Positions 13,841 through 27,736 of a stretch of DNA of 64,000 nt are shown here, one piece after another. The first letter of the stretch is position 1. Each line of letters opens with the position of its first letter. The DNA lies in NCBI GenBank assembly GCA_016748015.1, contig JAAOMT010000128.1, forward strand, positions 1,991,538-2,055,537. The letters are read 5' to 3'. A program made the translations under genes and the position numbers. This DNA is from Geosiphon pyriformis uo1 (taxonomy: Eukaryota; Fungi; Glomeromycota). Under the pieces are notes generated by a model that was not told the origin of the DNA, ran no database searches, and saw only the letters and a list, made by a program, of their open reading frames with translations.

Positions 13841-16800
13841 TTAAAAATATAATAAACTTTATTATTGTTTAATTATTAATTATTAATATATTAATTAAAT
13901 TAAAATATTAAATAAAAAAAAATATATTAATTTTTTGAATTTATAAGACTAAAAAAAATATTTATTAAATTTTGTTATTTAAACAATAATAAAAAAACAG
14001 AAAAATAATAATAATTTAATTATTAATTTATAATTAAAAGTTTTAAAATTTTTAATAAATAATTTAATATTAAAGTAATTATTTAAAGTTTAGTCACAAT
14101 AAAAAACAATAATTTTAATAATTTTAATACTTGAATTAAAATTTTAATCAAAAAAATAAATATTATTATTATTATTTATAATTTTAAAAAAATCAATATT
14201 TTTTAATATATACAAATAAAAAAATATAATAAATTAAAATTAATTAAATTTTATTTAACTTTTATAAAATTTAAAAAATTTCTATTTATTATATTATTAT
14301 AAAATATTATAATTAATAAATCAGATAATACATAAATATTCTTAATATTATACTTTAAAAATTAAATTATTTATTAAACTAAGTAAGAATTAATTTAGAT
14401 AAATCAAGTTTTTTTTTAATATTAAAATATTTTTTTAATTAAAAATTAAATTTTTTTTATTTATATACTAATTAACAAAAATTTTAAATATAAAAATTTT
14501 AAAATTATTAGTCAAAAAACATTTTAATAAACTAATATTTAATCTAATTAAATAAAAAAAAATAATTTAAAAATCTCTATTTTAAAACATAAAAATTTAA
14601 AAATCTGTATTTTAAATTTCTATTTAAAATGTTTTTAGTATTTAAAAAACATATAATTAAAGTTTTTTTATTTTATTTTATAATTGTTTAAAAATTTTTA
14701 AATTATATAACAAAAAATAATATAGTAATTTATTAAAAAAAATTTTAAAGAATATGTTTTTAATTTAAATTTTTTTTAATAAAAAAATCTTATTTTTTAT
14801 ATACATACTTTAAAATATAACATATATATAAACAATAATTAACAATAAACTTTAAAATTATTAAAACTAAATAATAATATTATTTATTAAAAATAATCTT
14901 TTTTAAAATTTTGTTAATAAAAAATTTTATATTTGTTTAAATTTGAAATAATTTAAACTTAATTAAACAAAAATTTTCTAATTTTTATACTTTTTTTAAA
15001 TTTTATTGTAAAAATAAGCAAATTATTAATGTTTAAATTAACATATTAAATCTTTTAATTTATAAAAATTGTATTTATTTTGTTATAATTAATAAAAATA
15101 TTATTAATTTAAAAAATATTATTTACAAAAACTTTATTATTAAATAAAAAGTTAATTATGTTTTATTTTTGAATTTTTTAATCTTAATTATTAATTTTAA
15201 TTCTATTTTATAATTAAATAAATATTTATATTTTTTTATTTTATACAAAAAAAATTATAAAATATTTTTTAAAACAAAAGATAAAAAATTTTGTTTTAAT
15301 TTAAACTAATATATATTATATAATTAATTATTAAACCAAGATTTTTTATAATTTTATTAATTTTATTGTTATAAATATAACCAAAAATTTGATAAACTAT
15401 TTTTATATTTTTTTTTATTACAGTTTAACGAGTACAGTTCAACTGCTACCTAAAGCGATAGATTCAAATAAGATTTTAAATTAAGCATGACTCATGCATT
15501 TTCTACATGTGACCAGTCACTCAGACCAATTAAGGCAGCATTACACACTTAAACTACCAACTAAAGAAATGCCATGCAAAAAACCAAAGCCCAATTTGGA
15601 AAGACAGACATATAAGTCGAAGCAAATATGGATACCTAACCTAATACCAAGCCTGTGAATCATAACAGAAGTCAACAGAAATAAGAAACCAAAGACTGAA
15701 GAAATAGCCACACTATCATGTGGCAAAAAGTTATTCTTTTCATAAAAAGATTTTAACTTAGTTGATGACAGCCAGATAGCAAACCTGTGACTTGCAACAA
15801 TGTCTCTGACCAAGTTAACAACCAGTGTGCTACCATCAAGTCCAGTGGTCAAACGGCCCACCACGTCAACCACCCAACTTTTCAATACAAAACTCTTTGC
15901 CAGTGTGATATACAAACCACTAGAAAATTTGGCTTCACACAGAAACCAAACCACCACATCATCACCAGCAGAGGCACCACTTGATACAACTCATTTACAA
16001 ACAATATCAGATAGTAGATTTTTCCTGGCATCACTATCTAATGCACACAAAAAAATGTGGTTTGAATCTTTTACTTCTCCACAACGAATACAAACCACAC
16101 TAGGATAATCAGGATTATACAGTCTTTTCCTCTTAGTTACTGGCAAGTGGCAATATAGCGCCTTCATGATGTAAGAACAGAACACTGCTGATGAAGTGCT
16201 GGTATAACCAGAGTGAATATTACCATCAAGATGCCATATCTTAAGAGTTTTGGCCATATCTAAACCACCATCAATGCTTGTATCCACAATGCTGTCAATG
16301 CATTTGGCTTCCCATCCAATAAAGCTGATTGTATTAAACAATGACTTAACGAAGTAATGAGCATTCCCAGAAACCATCCTGTCCTCAACAGTGAGAAACT
16401 GATATGAAATTCTAAGAGGCAGCAAAAAACTGGTAGTAGTAGCAGTGTCAGCAAAAAAATCAGCTCATTCATTTCCAACAACACCTAAATGACCTTTGAC
16501 CTTTTGCCAATTAACTGATAAATGTTTTCTAGAAATGATTTGATAAATATGTTCTTTCTTGATCCAACAATTTCTGTGAAAGTCAGGAACAGGCACACTA
16601 CTGTCAAATTTACAAATATTCAATGAAGTCTGACTGTTTGTGAACAAATTAACAGAAGAGGAATCAGGAATGCACTCTAAGGTAAAAGCAATGGCCTGCA
16701 TTTTTGCTAAAGTTAAGGACAGTAAACCATTCACCTTGACTTCAATACCAAGATCGACATCTGGAAAGTAAGCAGCAGCACCACCATAAGTATTCACCAA

Positions 16801-19800
16801 TCCAAAATCTTTAACAGAGCCATCTGTATAGACTTTCACAAAACTAAGACCAGAACTCAGCAAACATCTCCCAATAGAGCCACAGTTACAATAGTGTTCA
16901 GAAGAAAGAAGTTGAAAACCTACCACCCCATTATGTAACAAACCACCCCCTTCTATAAAACTGACCAATGAGGTAAACCAAGCAGGAACTGGACTTCTAG
17001 GATCCAGTTTCTTCCACTTGCGAAAAGTGGGCCACATGAAACATACACCACAACAGTCCAAAAGTTGGTTAACAAAAGCGATGTCATATTTCTTGAGAGA
17101 TTTAATCACACTTAAATAACTGTTCAATCCCAACACCTCTATCATCATAACACTTTTCTCCACCTGAAACACATTTGGCAACACACCTCCAAGAAAAAGA
17201 TTGCAAAAAGCAAGAATGCGTGTAGCACCCACCAGGAAACAATTCAAAGAATTGATTGACAAATTTATTGGATACTGGAGGGGATGCCGGGGCATCCAGC
17301 TAGCAGCTTGTAAATCCATAGCCCTATGCTCAAACAGATTACTGAGAATTCCAGCACTATTGAAAAATTTGATTAGGTTAGCCATCAGATTCTTGGCCAG
17401 CACTTGTTCAAAAGTCTTCAAATCATATAATCCAGGATAATATAAAGCCTTATTCAGAAAGTTTTTAGGCAGATTAGCCTTGAGCTTCAAACCTTTTTTC
17501 AACAATCTGTCTCATTTCTCGCAAACACTACTTGATGCACAACTAAATTGCAGTCTGTAATTAATAATAGGTTGCAAAACTGCAGAAACCAGATACAGAA
17601 ACTGCTTCTCAGTAATGACCTTCCTCAAGACTACATTCGAAAAAAACTTAACATTTGAATGAGCTTTGGTCAGACTTGGTTTAGATAGGCCATTATTTGA
17701 AAGAAAAATACCCAGATATCTATGAGATTCACCCTTCTTGGCAATTGAAATCTTAGAGCCACTAATAGACAGTGAAATATTCTTGACACTCTGGTTGATA
17801 AGAATGGCAACTGTCTTATCCATGTTTATGAAAATATTATTAATAGAAAAAAATTCACTGGCAATGTCTAGAATCTACTGAGTAGTAGTCATGCAATTCC
17901 CAATCCAGATAGTATCATCAACAAAAGCTCCTACAGTAAGGAAAAATGTTTTGCCGCCTTTAGGGTCAATCCTACCAGTTTTTGTAAAGAAATTTGAATG
18001 TACTCTATAACCAAGTAATTGTTCATGTCTTTTAATCTCACAAAACAAAGAATCATAAAAGATCCTCCACAATAGAGGTAAGAACACCTCCCTTTGATCC
18101 AACTCATTATAGACAGTATACCCATCAGTGAACCCAAAGTCAGTCATCACACTATTAAATCTATTATTGTGAATACTACCAAAAAACTCCACAAAACGAG
18201 GACACATTTTGATCCTCTTGAGACAATTAAGCAAATAAGGCCAACCAACAGAATTATATGCCTTTTGCATATCTTGGAGAACCAACCACAGCTCTTTGTT
18301 CTTTTCCAGAGCATCCTCAATTAAAGAACCAACAGCAAAAATTGGGAACTGAGTGGATGTGCCCTTCAAGACTGAGAAATTGTCACCACATAAGATATTA
18401 AGCTCGCTACAGACCAAGGAAATTTGGTCTGAAAGGATCTTTGACAAAATCTTCCAGGCCGTTTCAATTAGAGCAATTGGTCTGGTATTAATAAGAGTCT
18501 TTTCCCAGTCATAAGACTTCAGTATCATAGAAATCCAAGCATGCCGTTACTGTGTCAGAACCTGACCTGATGCCAAACATACATTGAATATGTCCAACAA
18601 ACTGCTTAAAACTTACTTATCACCATGTTTTCAAAGTTCATTGGGAATGCCTAACAGGCTAGCAGCTTTGCCATTAGGCAGGCTACCAACAACTTGGAAA
18701 AATTCATTAAAACTGATATTACACATAATTTTCACAAAAGCATCATCATTGACATAATCCAAGGAAGCATATTGGCTGAACCAATGTCTAGACCATACTT
18801 TAGGCACCATGTGAACTCTAGTCCATTCTTCCATGATCTTATCGACCATAGGCTTAATCTCATAAGGTTCTAAGACCAATTTATTATCAATTACTAGATG
18901 GTTTAAGACAACTTTCCGGAATGGCCAATTCAAAACACTCTTGATCATTTTACTTTTATCAGAACAAAAGTTTTCTATACACTTGTTTATGGCTTTTCTG
19001 ATTATTTTATCTCTGGCAATCCTGAACTCAAAGTATTTAGACCTATAATATCTCTTTTTGACCATAGACAAATGACCCAAAACTTTATCCAAAGTCTCAC
19101 AATTATCAATCATGATATGTACTTCAGAAGCATCTTTCATATTAATGGCAAACCAAGCATCAAGAAGACATACAGTTTCTAACTCTTAGAAGGAACTCAC
19201 ACTTTTTATGAGTTTGGCCACCAGGATCTCCAGCTTGTAGAACTTAGATGATTGCTTATTTCTAGAACAATTAAACTCACTGTACCACTGCCTAAAAAAT
19301 ACCTTATCAGCAAAATCAATCGCTACACACATTTCAAAGTTTCTCACATAGTGTCTAAATCACTGTTATCTTTTGCATAAGTAAAGTCACCCACCAAATT
19401 TGTGAATTTGCCTGCTGAATACTCTCTGAACTGCGACTACTTGGTGGCATCAATATCTTTGATTTTAAACTTCTATTTGTCCTTATTGGCTTGTTTGCAT
19501 TTGGAATTAAGACTGATATTTAAAAGACCACCCAAACCAACCAAGACTGAAACAGATCTGTGGTCAGTGTCAAAAAATTCCAAAACAGATTTTATCTTAC
19601 AGCCAGCAATTATGGACATTAAACTCTGAGTCACAAAAATAAAGTCAATGATTCACTTAACACTCCTAAAGTTGCTTCAAATAGAGGATTTAGCCAACGA
19701 ATGTCCATACAATGAATTAAATAAATCTAAGTCTACACAAAATCTGAAAGTCGCATTCTTCTTTGAATCACCCTCATTGAAATTCTCACCCAAAACCACA

Positions 19801-22800
19801 AAAGTACTGGAGTTGACTGCTTTGGCAATAAGAGTATTAATATTAGCTGCCTGACCAAATCTTGCCTCAGCAGAGGCACTAGCATACAAATCCAGAACTG
19901 CAACAAACAACCTCCCTTTAAACAAAAGTCTAATTGAGATAATACGACCAGAGATTTTCTTGACCTTAAACACATGACAAGCCAGAGAGTTATTAACAAT
20001 GATAGCTATCCCAACACCAAGAAAACCTTTATCTAAACCAGAAGTAAAAATCCGTATACCATTGAACTTGTTCATAATCCATGACTTAATGTTAGACCTC
20101 AACTTTGTCTCCATAATTATTGAAATCATATTCTCTGATTCTTTGTGTCAGCACACAACATCTTCTTGTTTAGTAGGCACATTGATGCCACAAATATTGC
20201 ACATAGCAATTTTCCAAATTAGATCAGTCATTGAGGAGAGGAAGATACCAAAAAACCCAAGCCAACACACAACAGATCTAACTTTGCCAAAACTGAACCA
20301 ATAGAGGCCTCAAGAGCCATCAACTTTGACTCCAAACTGCTCATCTTGGTGGTTAAAATCTTAGAACTGCTTGGACCCAAAAACAAGACATCAGAGACAA
20401 CAAAAGGAAAAGATGGGAGCATTATTCTTGGCCTATCCAGAACCATACCCGAACTTAAATCCAAACCATTATCCATAGAGGTGTCCAACTCATAAGGTAG
20501 AAGAGAAGAAGCCTGAGCTGTGAAAACCATGTTATTGAGCTTTTGCATCATATCAAACACTTGATCTGTCAAAAGTTCCAAGGAATGTTTCACAGTGGCC
20601 AACTGAGCACCTAAAGAAGAGTTATTAACAGAAACAGAAAAAATACTATTACCTACACCCAAGGCATCAGAAGAAGAAGAACCAAGACCAAAATCAGAAT
20701 GAAAACCACCAGGAGGATAAGTAAGTAAGACCAAAACTTGCCACCAAAGGCAGCAGGATGGAGAATAGAAACACTTTTCTTCACATACAACTTTGCCAAC
20801 TGAAGGTGGCAGTCATCCAAAACAGTTCTTTTAAATGATTTCAAAGATCCAGAACTAGATGCAACTAATGTATCATACTCTAAAGCAGAATGTTCTAAGC
20901 ACTCACATTTTCCACAACAAACCAAATCTATCCTAGCCCAAGAAAGTCTCACACCTCCAAATATTGGTTCAGTGCAAAATGCAGATTTAAGCCCATCTTC
21001 TGATTTAAAACCAACAACAGCACAGCAAATCTAATTGCCAGTGTTTAGCAAATGATTGATTATACAAGTTTTTGTCCTTTTCAAAAGAACACCAAAATCA
21101 TGCACAGTTGTTCCCATAGGCAAAGTAAATAAAAGCGCCCTAAAGTGATCCTTAGACATCCAAGTATCCCAATCTCCTATGGCCATAGCCATATGCACTA
21201 AGTCTTTACTAATGAGAAAAGACCATCTGGATGCCAGTTGCTTAGTCTGTTCTAATTCAGTGAATTCCACTACAGCCTTCTGCCACATTCCAATCAGCTG
21301 AACTTTGATTGACTTAATATTACCAAACTTAGAAACTGCAGTGATGATTATCTTCTTTAATGTATTCATGGAAATTTCTTTAATTACCACAGCCCAATTT
21401 GATTTCATTCTTTGTTTCTTAAGATTACTGTTTACATTGATCCCTTTTTCTTTAGCCAATAATATGGCCACCTCTATGCTTTCTTTTGAAGTAAATGTTA
21501 AATAGATGATTTCTTTAAATTTTGAAGAGATGGTGGCCCCCCCAAAACCATTGACTGCTGAAAAAATTTTTTTAACCAACTGAGTCTTTGCTGTAGCAGA
21601 TTTGCTTTCCACTGCTAAGAAGTTGATATCCAATACAAATGACTTTCTAACAGAAACTTCTACAGGAGTTTTCACAATCTTAAAATCTACTCACCTCTTT
21701 TCCAAAGATATGCTGAGGGGGGGTGGGAGGAGCACCATTTTTTCATCCATGTTATAATTGGGGAAGCCAAGAGGAAACCTAAAAATCACACTAGTATTCA
21801 CCTTTTTTGCTTTAAGAGTATTAGTTGCTAAACTCAAAAGAGACCTGACACTTTCTATGTGTATATTGTCTTCACCACAACTAGACTCACTATCCATGTC
21901 CGAGTACGTACCACTAGAACCAAGTTTGACTAAAGAAATATCTTTTTCATTACCAAAATGTTTAATGTTACCAAGGGCCACTTTTTTCTTTTGGGAGAAA
22001 GAACCACTAGCAGAACCATGAAAAGCACCCTTAGGTGCTTTTTTCATAGACATACCACTACTAGATGCAGCCTCTAAATCCATGATGAAGGGATTATTAG
22101 CTAAAGAAATGATGAATTAAACTAACAAAAAAAATAAAAAATAAAAAACTTCTTTTTCAAAAATGTGCTTTTTGGGAATTTTTGGAAATAAAAAAGAAAG
22201 AAATTTTTTTTTTATATTTTAATTTTAAAAAAACTATTATTAAAATAATATTAATTTATTAAATTAAAAATTTCATACATATTTTATAAAATTAATTAAA
22301 TTTTACAATTTTTTTTAAAGTATTTTTAATCATTAATTTTATAATATAAATAAATATATAAATAAATATGTTTTTTAAAATAAAAAATTGTTTTTATATA
22401 AGATATTATGTTTAAAATAAACAATTAAATAAAATTTTTAATTTTTTTTTATTGTTTTAATTAAAATTATAAGTTATATATTAATTAAAATATTTTTTTA
22501 TTTATATAGTTTAAAAATTATAGATTTTTAAAACTTTTCACTTTTTTGAAATTATTTTTTTAAGCAAATAAAAATTTATAATATTTAATAAAAAGTCTAA
22601 AACTTTTTTATAATAATGTTTTTATATCTTATTAAATATGTTATATAAATTTACAACTTTATTATTTAATAATAATAGTATTATTTTTAAAAGATTATTT
22701 ATATTAATAACTTTTATTACATCAAAAAAAGTTTTATTAAAATTTTAACTTAATCTATTTTTATAAAAAAACTATTTAATTTAATATTGTTTTTCAAATA

Positions 22801-22900
22801 AAACATATTTAAAATTTTTAAAATCAACTTTTTTAAAAAACTTGAATATATTCTTAAATTAAAATTATAATAATAAACTTTATTAAATATCTTGTTAATT
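13841..22900 (-). mobile_element. Ghost LINE A (extremely AT-decayed host element), exposed at ~13841-15400 and ~22221-22900 and interrupted by copy 3; 6800-7063 may be its 3' part
   Basis: 14880-15400 aligns by eye to the copy 2 RT region (~9270-9870). The alignment resumes in register at 22221 (copy 2 ~9870-10650), on the far side of copy 3. Confidence 0.8.
15412..22208 (-). mobile_element. LINE copy 3, full length, inactivated, nested in ghost LINE A
   Basis: Poly(T) at ~15408-15416. TSD TTTTTATATTTT at 15400-15411 and 22209-22220. ORF1 22083-20228. ORF2 20231-15541 with LQDMQKAYNSV, GAFVDD, YLGIF, VYTDGS, KVKGHLG and CIRC..NHIFLC. Confidence 0.96.
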
Positions 22901-23927
22901 AATATAATTATAATTTTTTTAAAAAAAAATATATATATACAATATTAAGATTAAAAAACTTTTTAATATATTTAAAAATATATATACTATTTATTATATT
23001 AATTAATAATTTAATTTTAAATTATATTTATTGGTTAGTATTTTTTAAATTTATATTGTACTTTTATTGATTTTTATTGATTTGTTTTTAAATTATATTA
23101 AAGTGAATATTTAATAAATATTAAATTTGATTAATAATTTATCTTAAAAAATTTGTTTATATTTAAAACTTTTTGTTTAATTATTGATTATAAAAAATAT
23201 TTATTAATCAAAACAAAATTTTTAAATCTTAAAATTATATTATGTAAATTTTTAGCACAAAATCACAAATTAAAATATTATAAAAATTTATATTCAAATA
23301 TTGCTTAAAATTTATACTTTATTTAAAATTATTTTTAATTATTATAAAGTACATTTATTATTTATTTTTGGTAATTACTCTATATATTTTTAAAATTTTA
23401 ATTAATTTTTTACTTATTAAAGTCTTAATTAAAATTTTAAAATTTAAACTAATTGTAATTTTTTAAAAATTTGTTTTAAATTAAAATTTAAATACATTAT
23501 AATTAAATATTACTTAAAAAAACAAAAATTTTTGTTAACACAAATTTTAACAAATAATTACAACAAAAAATATTAATTATTTTTATTAATAATATTTAAA
23601 AATTAAAAAGATGATTAGTTATATATAATTTGTGTACAATTTATGTTTAATATATAATAATTGAATTAAAGAAAAATAGTAAATAATTAAATTATACTTG
23701 ATTTAAATAAAAAAATAAAAAAACAGAATTAAAAAAAGCAAAAATTTATTTTTAGCTTTAAAAAACAGAAATTTATCATTGTATTTTAGTCATTAAACAT
23801 ATGTCTATTTGGTTTTATTATTAAAAAAAAGCTTTTTTGGTTGTTTTTCCAATTAAAAAAGTTTTTTTTTTGTATGCATATATTTACATTATATATAATT
23901 ACTTTTATCTGAATTTCTGAAATCATT

Positions 23928-23958
23928 TTCATGTGATGTATGCCGAGATTCATGTGAT
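23928..23958. promoter_or_regulatory. Tandem TTCATGTGAT (E-box-like CATGTG) sites upstream of RPL40
   Basis: Identical 10-mers at 23928-23937 and 23949-23958, 21 bp apart and about 170 bp upstream of the ATG. Function is inferred only. Confidence 0.35.
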
Positions 23959-24120
23959 CTTCACTAAAACTTTTTAAACAGCCAAGTTTTGCTTAGTTTT
24001 TTTTTAATACCTTTCTTCTATCCATCCAGAATACTTACGTTCACAACTGGGTGATAATAATCGAACAGGTGGTTTGTGATAGACACAAAAATTAATTTAG
24101 TCCACTAGAAATCAACTGCC

Positions 24121-24844
<724 letters not shown>

Positions 24845-25005
24845 TAGCAAAAAATGGGCAATTTATTAGTTATCAGACTTTCTCTTGTAACTTATGTCGT
24901 TATAGGCTCAGTTATTGTTGCTACAGAATGTGTTTTAGTATATTCTACAGACTATAAGGTTACTATATTTGTTGCTGTTACTGTCTGAGAAGTTTCCTGG
25001 AATTT

Positions 25006-26715
25006 TCATACCGACATCAATTCTATTAAACCCAATTCACGTTTGACTTGATCACCAGTCATGATTGGTGGGTATTGTTGAAAATTATCTTGGAATGGTG
25101 GAAGTGGTTTCAAAATTTTATCACTAGCAATATGAAGGAAGAATGTCGAAGATATTCGCCATAGAGGTCGAAGAGGACGAGTTATTTTGGCCTTTTCAAT
25201 TGCCTATATATATATTAAAATATGTATTAAAATTAAATGATTAATATCTAGCTTTTAGCAATGTACCTTAACCGTATCTTCGGTTACCACCACCTCGTGG
25301 TATCCTGCCTTCACTTGGCCGCCAGTCAGCCATTCAAGTTGTTTCCCTGCTTGTACCAGTAAATGCCCATCAGGTACACGAACTGCCACTTTTTCATTTC
25401 CGTTGTGTGACCAAATATTTAATCCGGGAAAACGGGATTTACCATGAATAGTTCTTTGAAGTAGAAAACTATTTGAGAAATGATTGATTGTGAAAAAAAT
25501 GATGTAGAAAGAAATGATAGCTTACAAAAAGTTGAGATCATAATGAAACCCTGAATACGAAAAAATATATTGAATGTTGAGATATTTAGAAACTAAACGC
25601 CCATTTTAGAAAAGATTCACGACAATACCGGCCAAAACGGTTCCGTTTTTTCCAAATTTCTCTAAATCGCTTGCGGTAGGTGCCAGCAAATGAGGACCAT
25701 ATTTGATTAAATCAGTTAAAGTATCTGCAGCCATTCCAAATCCTATCGATGTCATTTCCGTGACCAGGCGAATCGCTTCATGCATTTGGTTGCCCCAAAT
25801 ATTCATCGTGATCGCCCAAGTATCTTTGAATGCTTTTCAATTTTTTCAAGAAAAGGTTGTTAGCTGATATTCATCTTCATAGTACTTTAAGTGACAAGAA
25901 AATGGTTACCAGCCGGAATCACAGGGTCAGCATTAAGTTGTGAAAACTTTGTTTGTTTCGGTTGTTCACCAATCCGCCAAAAGAATCGCCATTTAGGGTC
26001 AGGACCCTTGGATTCAAGCGGTCGATTTCCTTCAGGGATCTACAATGGTATGGTGCATTCATTAAATTATTATGATGTCATAACAGATAGGCAATCGATC
26101 TTTGATGTTGCTACCGAAAACCCCGACTGCCTAATTTTCTCGCTATTTATATAGCTCTAATTACCTGAGCGATAACATCCTGACAATGAGGATCTTTTTT
26201 GCATTTGGGTTCCTCCGTGTACTCTGGGGTGACTCCTACCTGGTATCCAAATTCAGGACGGGCATCTTGGATTTTAATCTTTTTATAAAATTAGTTGAAC
26301 TACCTTTTGATTAAAAACAAAATCCTTTAATTTGAAAAAAAGGGTAAACCTCATGAGGTTGCGCGAAATAATCTTCAAGCAAATCCTAAGAAACGAAATA
26401 ATCTTAAAAATTCGATTATTTTAAAAAGAGATCATCTTTGTTGATGCTGTAATAGGAAACAAACCAGAAAACGTCCATTATCAGCTTCTGTAACACGCGG
26501 ATCCTTGACTAGTAATGCGCCATAATCACGTAATGCATTTGCAGCCTATTAAATCTCGACATGAGTACTTTGGATGAAACGCCTTTAATCATTTTCAGTA
26601 ATATGAAATAAATTATAATATCAACCTTTTTACATTCTTGGATCACCTCTGGTGTATCTTTGGATTTGAGATATAGCTCAAGGTTAATAATTGGCAGGGT
26701 AAACGGTGATGCCAT
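25006..26715 (-). CDS. 2-oxoglutarate/Fe(II)-dependent dioxygenase (IPNS-like fold), multi-exon
   Basis: Spliced translation MASPFTLPIINL...GPDPKWRFFWRIG...GPHLLAPTASDL...GFHYDLNFLTIHGKSRFPGL...QAGKQLEWLTGG..KAGYHEV...WRISSTFF. It has the HxD...H metal triad and the RxS motif. Confidence 0.92.
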
Positions 26716-27129
26716 TGTGATTGAACAAAAAACCAACCTTTTTTAATGGACTGACATTTTATATATATAATTATGTCGATGAATTGGTGATCATGGGATT
26801 AGGTCTGATAATCAAAATGGGGTAGAAACGGGTTTTATAACAATTAAAGTGAAAGCTCCTTATAGTAACATGATCAGGGAAGGGATTTGGTCTTATTATA
26901 ATGAGATGTTATTTATTGAATATAATAAATAATTTTATTAAGATCCTAATTATTAGTGTTACTGTATCAAAATTTTAGTTATTGTAACGAGCTTCCACTA
27001 TACGAATATTTAATTTAGGGTTGTAAATTTGAAATAAGATCATGGTTTTAGCATTATCATAAAAACATTTCTTTCTTTAAATTTGTAAACATTTTATTTT
27101 AGATTTATAAAATACGTATTTTAATTATT

Positions 27130-27250
27130 TATCATTATTTTTTTATTTGCTTTTAACTAAGTGTGTCGAATCATAATCTACTATTTGGTACATATACATG
27201 CCCAAAATAAACCTGAATCAAGGGCTTTCTACATGTGAACAGCCACCCAG
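27130..27250 (-). mobile_element. Mini-copy of the LINE 3' UTR (about 120 bp)
   Basis: T-rich tail, then ttttaactaagtg...ctttctacatgtgaacagccacccag, matching the copy 3 3' UTR (ttttctacatgtgaccagtcactcag). 11-bp TSD TTTTAATTATT at 27119-27129 and 27251-27261. Confidence 0.78.
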
Positions 27251-27736
27251 TTTTAATTATTAATAGTAAATTTTTAAAATAATTATTTTTTGTCATAAAA
27301 TGTTTCAATTTATTATATAAATATTTAAAAATAAATAATAAATAATAAAAATTTAATATTTATTTTTATATTATTAAAATGATAATTTTAACTGTTATAT
27401 TGCAATAATTTATTAATTAAAATATATTATGAATAAAAACAGTTAAGAAAACATAATAACTTATGTTTTGTAATAAAATATATATTAAATAATTAAGAAA
27501 TTATTTTGTGATTATTTAACATTTTTATGTTTTAAAAAAAATAACCAAAGTACAATTTTAAGTTTTTTTTTTTTGGAAATCAAAAAAAAATTTCAAAATT
27601 TCAAAATTGGCTATTTTGGTTACTCAGATCTTTCAAATTTACAAAAAAGATCATAATTATAAGTTGAAACTTTTCTCTTTTCGGCTACTTATTTCTTGCT
27701 TTTAACATTTCATTTGTGCTGAAATAAGTTGTTTTT

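Noticed and set aside
1874-22021. Many plus-strand ORFs of 60-125 aa over the LINEs
   Set aside because: They are antisense shadows of the minus-strand ORF1/ORF2 with no independent motifs.
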